Shown piece after piece: positions 61,183 to 64,000 of a stretch of DNA of 64,000 nt. Below the pieces are notes generated by a model. That model ran no database searches, was not told where the DNA came from, and saw only the letters and a list, made by a program, of their open reading frames with translations. The DNA comes from Bdellovibrionota bacterium (GTDB lineage: Bacteria > Bdellovibrionota_C > UBA2361 > JAAYZI01): assembly GCA_050950765.1 (NCBI GenBank), contig JBMNIF010000001.1:224001-288000 (forward strand). The letters are read 5' to 3'. Position 1 is the first letter of the stretch; every line of letters starts with the position of its first letter. The translations under genes were made by a program, and so were the position numbers.

Positions 61183-63783
61183 TTATTTACAAACAACATC
61201 TCCTAAATCAACTGAAAACTCAGAATCGGAAAATTCAGGCAGGTGTAAAAAACACTTATTCTTTTTTATCTCTATATAAAACTTCTCATCTCCCGTCATT
61301 TCAACTTGGAAGAAGCCGTCGTCTTCTGTCGTGGTATATGTATGTGTTCCTTTTATCCGCTTCCACTCAATCGGCTCCCCATTTACATCAACCGCGCGCC
61401 CGATTCCGATCACCATTTTATCAATCTTCCACTCTTCACGAGCGATGTTGCCAGGAAAAAGAGTTACCTTGCGTGGTGCGCTGTCATAAAGAACAAACTC
61501 ATTTTTTTCTACCGGCTTAATAGAGATCTTATACTCTCTGTAAGGGTGTAAGCCGATAATTGTTTTATCTCCCGCCGTAATAGTTTCATATAAACTTCCG
61601 TTGATAAGAATTTGCACCTTTTCATTAGACGTTTCACTATCTACTACCACTACAAGCGCCGCATCTGTTTTAAACGGAAAGGCGATCTGCGGCACTAAAC
61701 TCTTATCAACTATAAAAGAGCTGCTACCATTCACTCCATAACTGGAGCGATTATCATCAGACAAACGTTGATCTCTGATAAAGGCGTTGGTATCGAGATA
61801 ATTATTGGCATATTCAACACGAGCTTCATTAGCTACAAAAGAATCAGCTTGTTTACCCCGTTTGTTGTGAACTTCATTTTGTAACCTGATCTTTGTGCCC
61901 TTACCGGTACGGGTTCTATCCGTACGTTCATAAGCTGTGCGGACAACATCAAGTCCATCTCCGCCGTCGTTCTGAGAAGTTGCGTTGATCTGTATCGATT
62001 GTTGAGGTCCGCTCGTGCTGTTGCCAAGACTATAACGGTAGAAAAGCGCTGCTTGAAACTCATCACCATCATGATCTGTTTTTAAGTAAGCGGCGTTTAG
62101 ATAGATCATATGACGAAAGGTTTGAATAATGTTCCAACGTAAGTCAGGACCGTAGGCGTAAGTTTCTTCACCATTTAATTTATTTTTTGTGCCACGAAAT
62201 TGAAGTTGTACCGGACCAAGTGTGTATCCGATCGCTCCAGATGTATTAGAGCGTGCATCAGCTAAGGTATTAAAGATATCAAGCTCCTGATCACGCGAAC
62301 TAAGTGGAGTAAGGGCTGGGTCTGAAGTTTCGTCCACCGTATCAGCCGATGTCTCTGAATGAGTAATGTACCAATGGAAGTTGGAGATCGTTCCGTTAAG
62401 ATCTCCTACAACACCGTACTCACCTTTTGAAGAACAAGCTAAGGTAGCTCCGAGGTTGTAATTCAGATACATGGCGCGGAATCCCGCCGATCCGATAGTG
62501 ATATCATCCGTACCATTTACGGCACCGTTTAACTCAAGAAAGCTTAAGGCGCGCATTCTAGCAGAGGCTTGATAAATGGGGATATCAAAAACATCAAGGT
62601 TGTTACGCAAAGCACCAACGCGCAATGTTACAATAGGGTGTGAACGGATCGTTAGCATCCCTGATTTTGTGAAGAACTGACGATCGCGAATGATAGGGCC
62701 GTTATCTTGATGGATTACGATATCAACGTAGTAACTACCGTGCGGAAAAGATGAAGTGTTAATCTCTTGAAGACCAAAATCTAAAATCTGTGCAGAGATC
62801 AATCGATTGCCTTGAAAAAATTCAACACGGGATTTCGTCGGGATGTAAACAGTTAAGCGACTGCCGTGCAGATCATCTCGATTAAGAAAAAGATCTTCTG
62901 AAGTATCGAGATAAGCGCCGAGAAAATCAACGCTACCTGCAAAGGGACCGCCGTCTGTTTGTTGCGCACCAAAGCCGACCTGATACTCTCCAATGATCGT
63001 TCCTGTAACGGCTTCCGTTAAATTATAGTCATCATTATCCCCCGTATATTTATTTGCAAAGATCTGATTGGCCTCTTCAATCGGATCTAATGGCGTCTGA
63101 TATTTATCAGCGCTATCATCTCTACTTTGAAAGGTACCCTCCGCTCTGGCGAAGAACTTGCCGATGCTGGCTAACGTTTTATGTGTAAGCGCAACATCAT
63201 TATCTTCTCCGAACTCACCAGAAGCCGCCACATCAAACCGTTGTTGCAGGGAAAAATCGTTCTTCGGATCCGATAAAGCTAGCCCTTTGCTTTGATTGCC
63301 TATCGGTAAAAATTTGGGATCAGGGTGTATCATTAAAACAAAGGTCGAGGTATCTGCTTTAATTGTGCCGAGATCGGTTACAGTACGCTCTCCGTAGATC
63401 TTATCCTTAAGAAGGGGTAAGAGTTGATCGGTGTTGCTAATCGATGGCAACTGATCCAGTACGCCGTCCAAGTCCTCTATCTTAGCCCAATCATCAGTAA
63501 AACGAACTAAGACCAAGCCTTGCAGATCGTCACCAAGATAAAGGTCAAAGAGTGTAACATCACCCTCTTCAAGAGCACTTTCTTCATCCTCTTCGTTTGT
63601 TTCAAGCGCTACCTCTTCTTGTGTTTCTTCTGTTAACTCCTTAGGTGTTTCAACACTCATTGTCGCTTCCGAATCTTCCGAAGAAACGATGGTCGTTTCA
63701 CCTGTAAGTGGTGTTTGTAACTCCTCTGCCGTTAAGGGGTGGGCAGGATACAGGACGATTAACAACGCTAGCAGTAAGCGCAT
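61183..63783 (-). CDS. Alternate (alpha-class, CS1/TcfC/EcpC-like) chaperone-usher outer membrane protein
   Basis: Signal peptide, E-set segment RVEFFQGNRLISAQ...G...INT..FP.GSY.V.I, TLFPGN, and C-terminal GR.VD.NG.P....T..DGFF. Confidence 0.75.
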   Translation of the reverse strand: MRLLLALLIVLYPAHPLTAEELQTPLTGETTIVSSEDSEATMSVETPKELTEETQEEVALETNEEDEESALEEGDVTLFDLYLGDDLQGLVLVRFTDDWAKIEDLDGVLDQLPSISNTDQLLPLLKDKIYGERTVTDLGTIKADTSTFVLMIHPDPKFLPIGNQSKGLALSDPKNDFSLQQRFDVAASGEFGEDNDVALTHKTLASIGKFFARAEGTFQSRDDSADKYQTPLDPIEEANQIFANKYTGDNDDYNLTEAVTGTIIGEYQVGFGAQQTDGGPFAGSVDFLGAYLDTSEDLFLNRDDLHGSRLTVYIPTKSRVEFFQGNRLISAQILDFGLQEINTSSFPHGSYYVDIVIHQDNGPIIRDRQFFTKSGMLTIRSHPIVTLRVGALRNNLDVFDIPIYQASARMRALSFLELNGAVNGTDDITIGSAGFRAMYLNYNLGATLACSSKGEYGVVGDLNGTISNFHWYITHSETSADTVDETSDPALTPLSSRDQELDIFNTLADARSNTSGAIGYTLGPVQLQFRGTKNKLNGEETYAYGPDLRWNIIQTFRHMIYLNAAYLKTDHDGDEFQAALFYRYSLGNSTSGPQQSIQINATSQNDGGDGLDVVRTAYERTDRTRTGKGTKIRLQNEVHNKRGKQADSFVANEARVEYANNYLDTNAFIRDQRLSDDNRSSYGVNGSSSFIVDKSLVPQIAFPFKTDAALVVVVDSETSNEKVQILINGSLYETITAGDKTIIGLHPYREYKISIKPVEKNEFVLYDSAPRKVTLFPGNIAREEWKIDKMVIGIGRAVDVNGEPIEWKRIKGTHTYTTTEDDGFFQVEMTGDEKFYIEIKKNKCFLHLPEFSDSEFSVDLGDVVCK

Positions 63784-64000
63784 GTCCTTTTTTTTATGTT
63801 GTTGTATCCTGTTCTCCATCTAAATCGTTACCGTTATATTAAAATCGCTTAATCTTTCAGCAAAGCTCCTTCTGGTTTTATAGTTATATTTTTATACTCC
63901 CCAGCACTCTTCTTTATCAGTTGCAAAGTGCTATCAGTAGGAAGAGGCAGCGCTTTTGTTGCTCCTGCATAAATGCGTAGATCTGGCATCACTTGGCAGT

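Noticed and set aside
60964..63978. 12-bp inverted repeat (ACGCATTTATGC / GCATAAATGCGT) around the usher gene as an invertible switch
   Set aside because: Matches this short are expected by chance in 64 kb, and no recombinase is nearby.

Overview
Bacterial chromosomal window of roughly 40% GC, with no prophage, integrase, reverse transcriptase or cas genes seen. Housekeeping genes (hisS 3' part, nth, amgK-like, Sfp-type PPTase, rsmD, rsmE, lipB, lpdA, menA, a eukaryote-type UGPase, clpX, plsY, marC, tRNA-Thr) are interspersed with many orphan genes. The main unusual features are: (1) a single 1141-aa polypeptide fusing 2-oxoacid dehydrogenase E1alpha, E1beta, a lipoyl domain and an intact FabH/KAS III, with lipB and lpdA elsewhere in the window; (2) a 2886-aa protein with several annexin-like repeats and a 1191-bp tandem duplication bounded by 9-bp microhomology; (3) five intergenic mosaics of reshuffled modules joined by the palindromic core GGGTGGCACCA; (4) a tandem array of three mosaic helical-repeat paralogs, one intact, one frameshifted and one IS-disrupted; (5) two near-identical inverted IS1634-like elements. 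Sigma28-like and sigma54-like promoters and a candidate structured RNA upstream of clpX were also noticed. All calls come from reading motifs by eye; no database searches were run.
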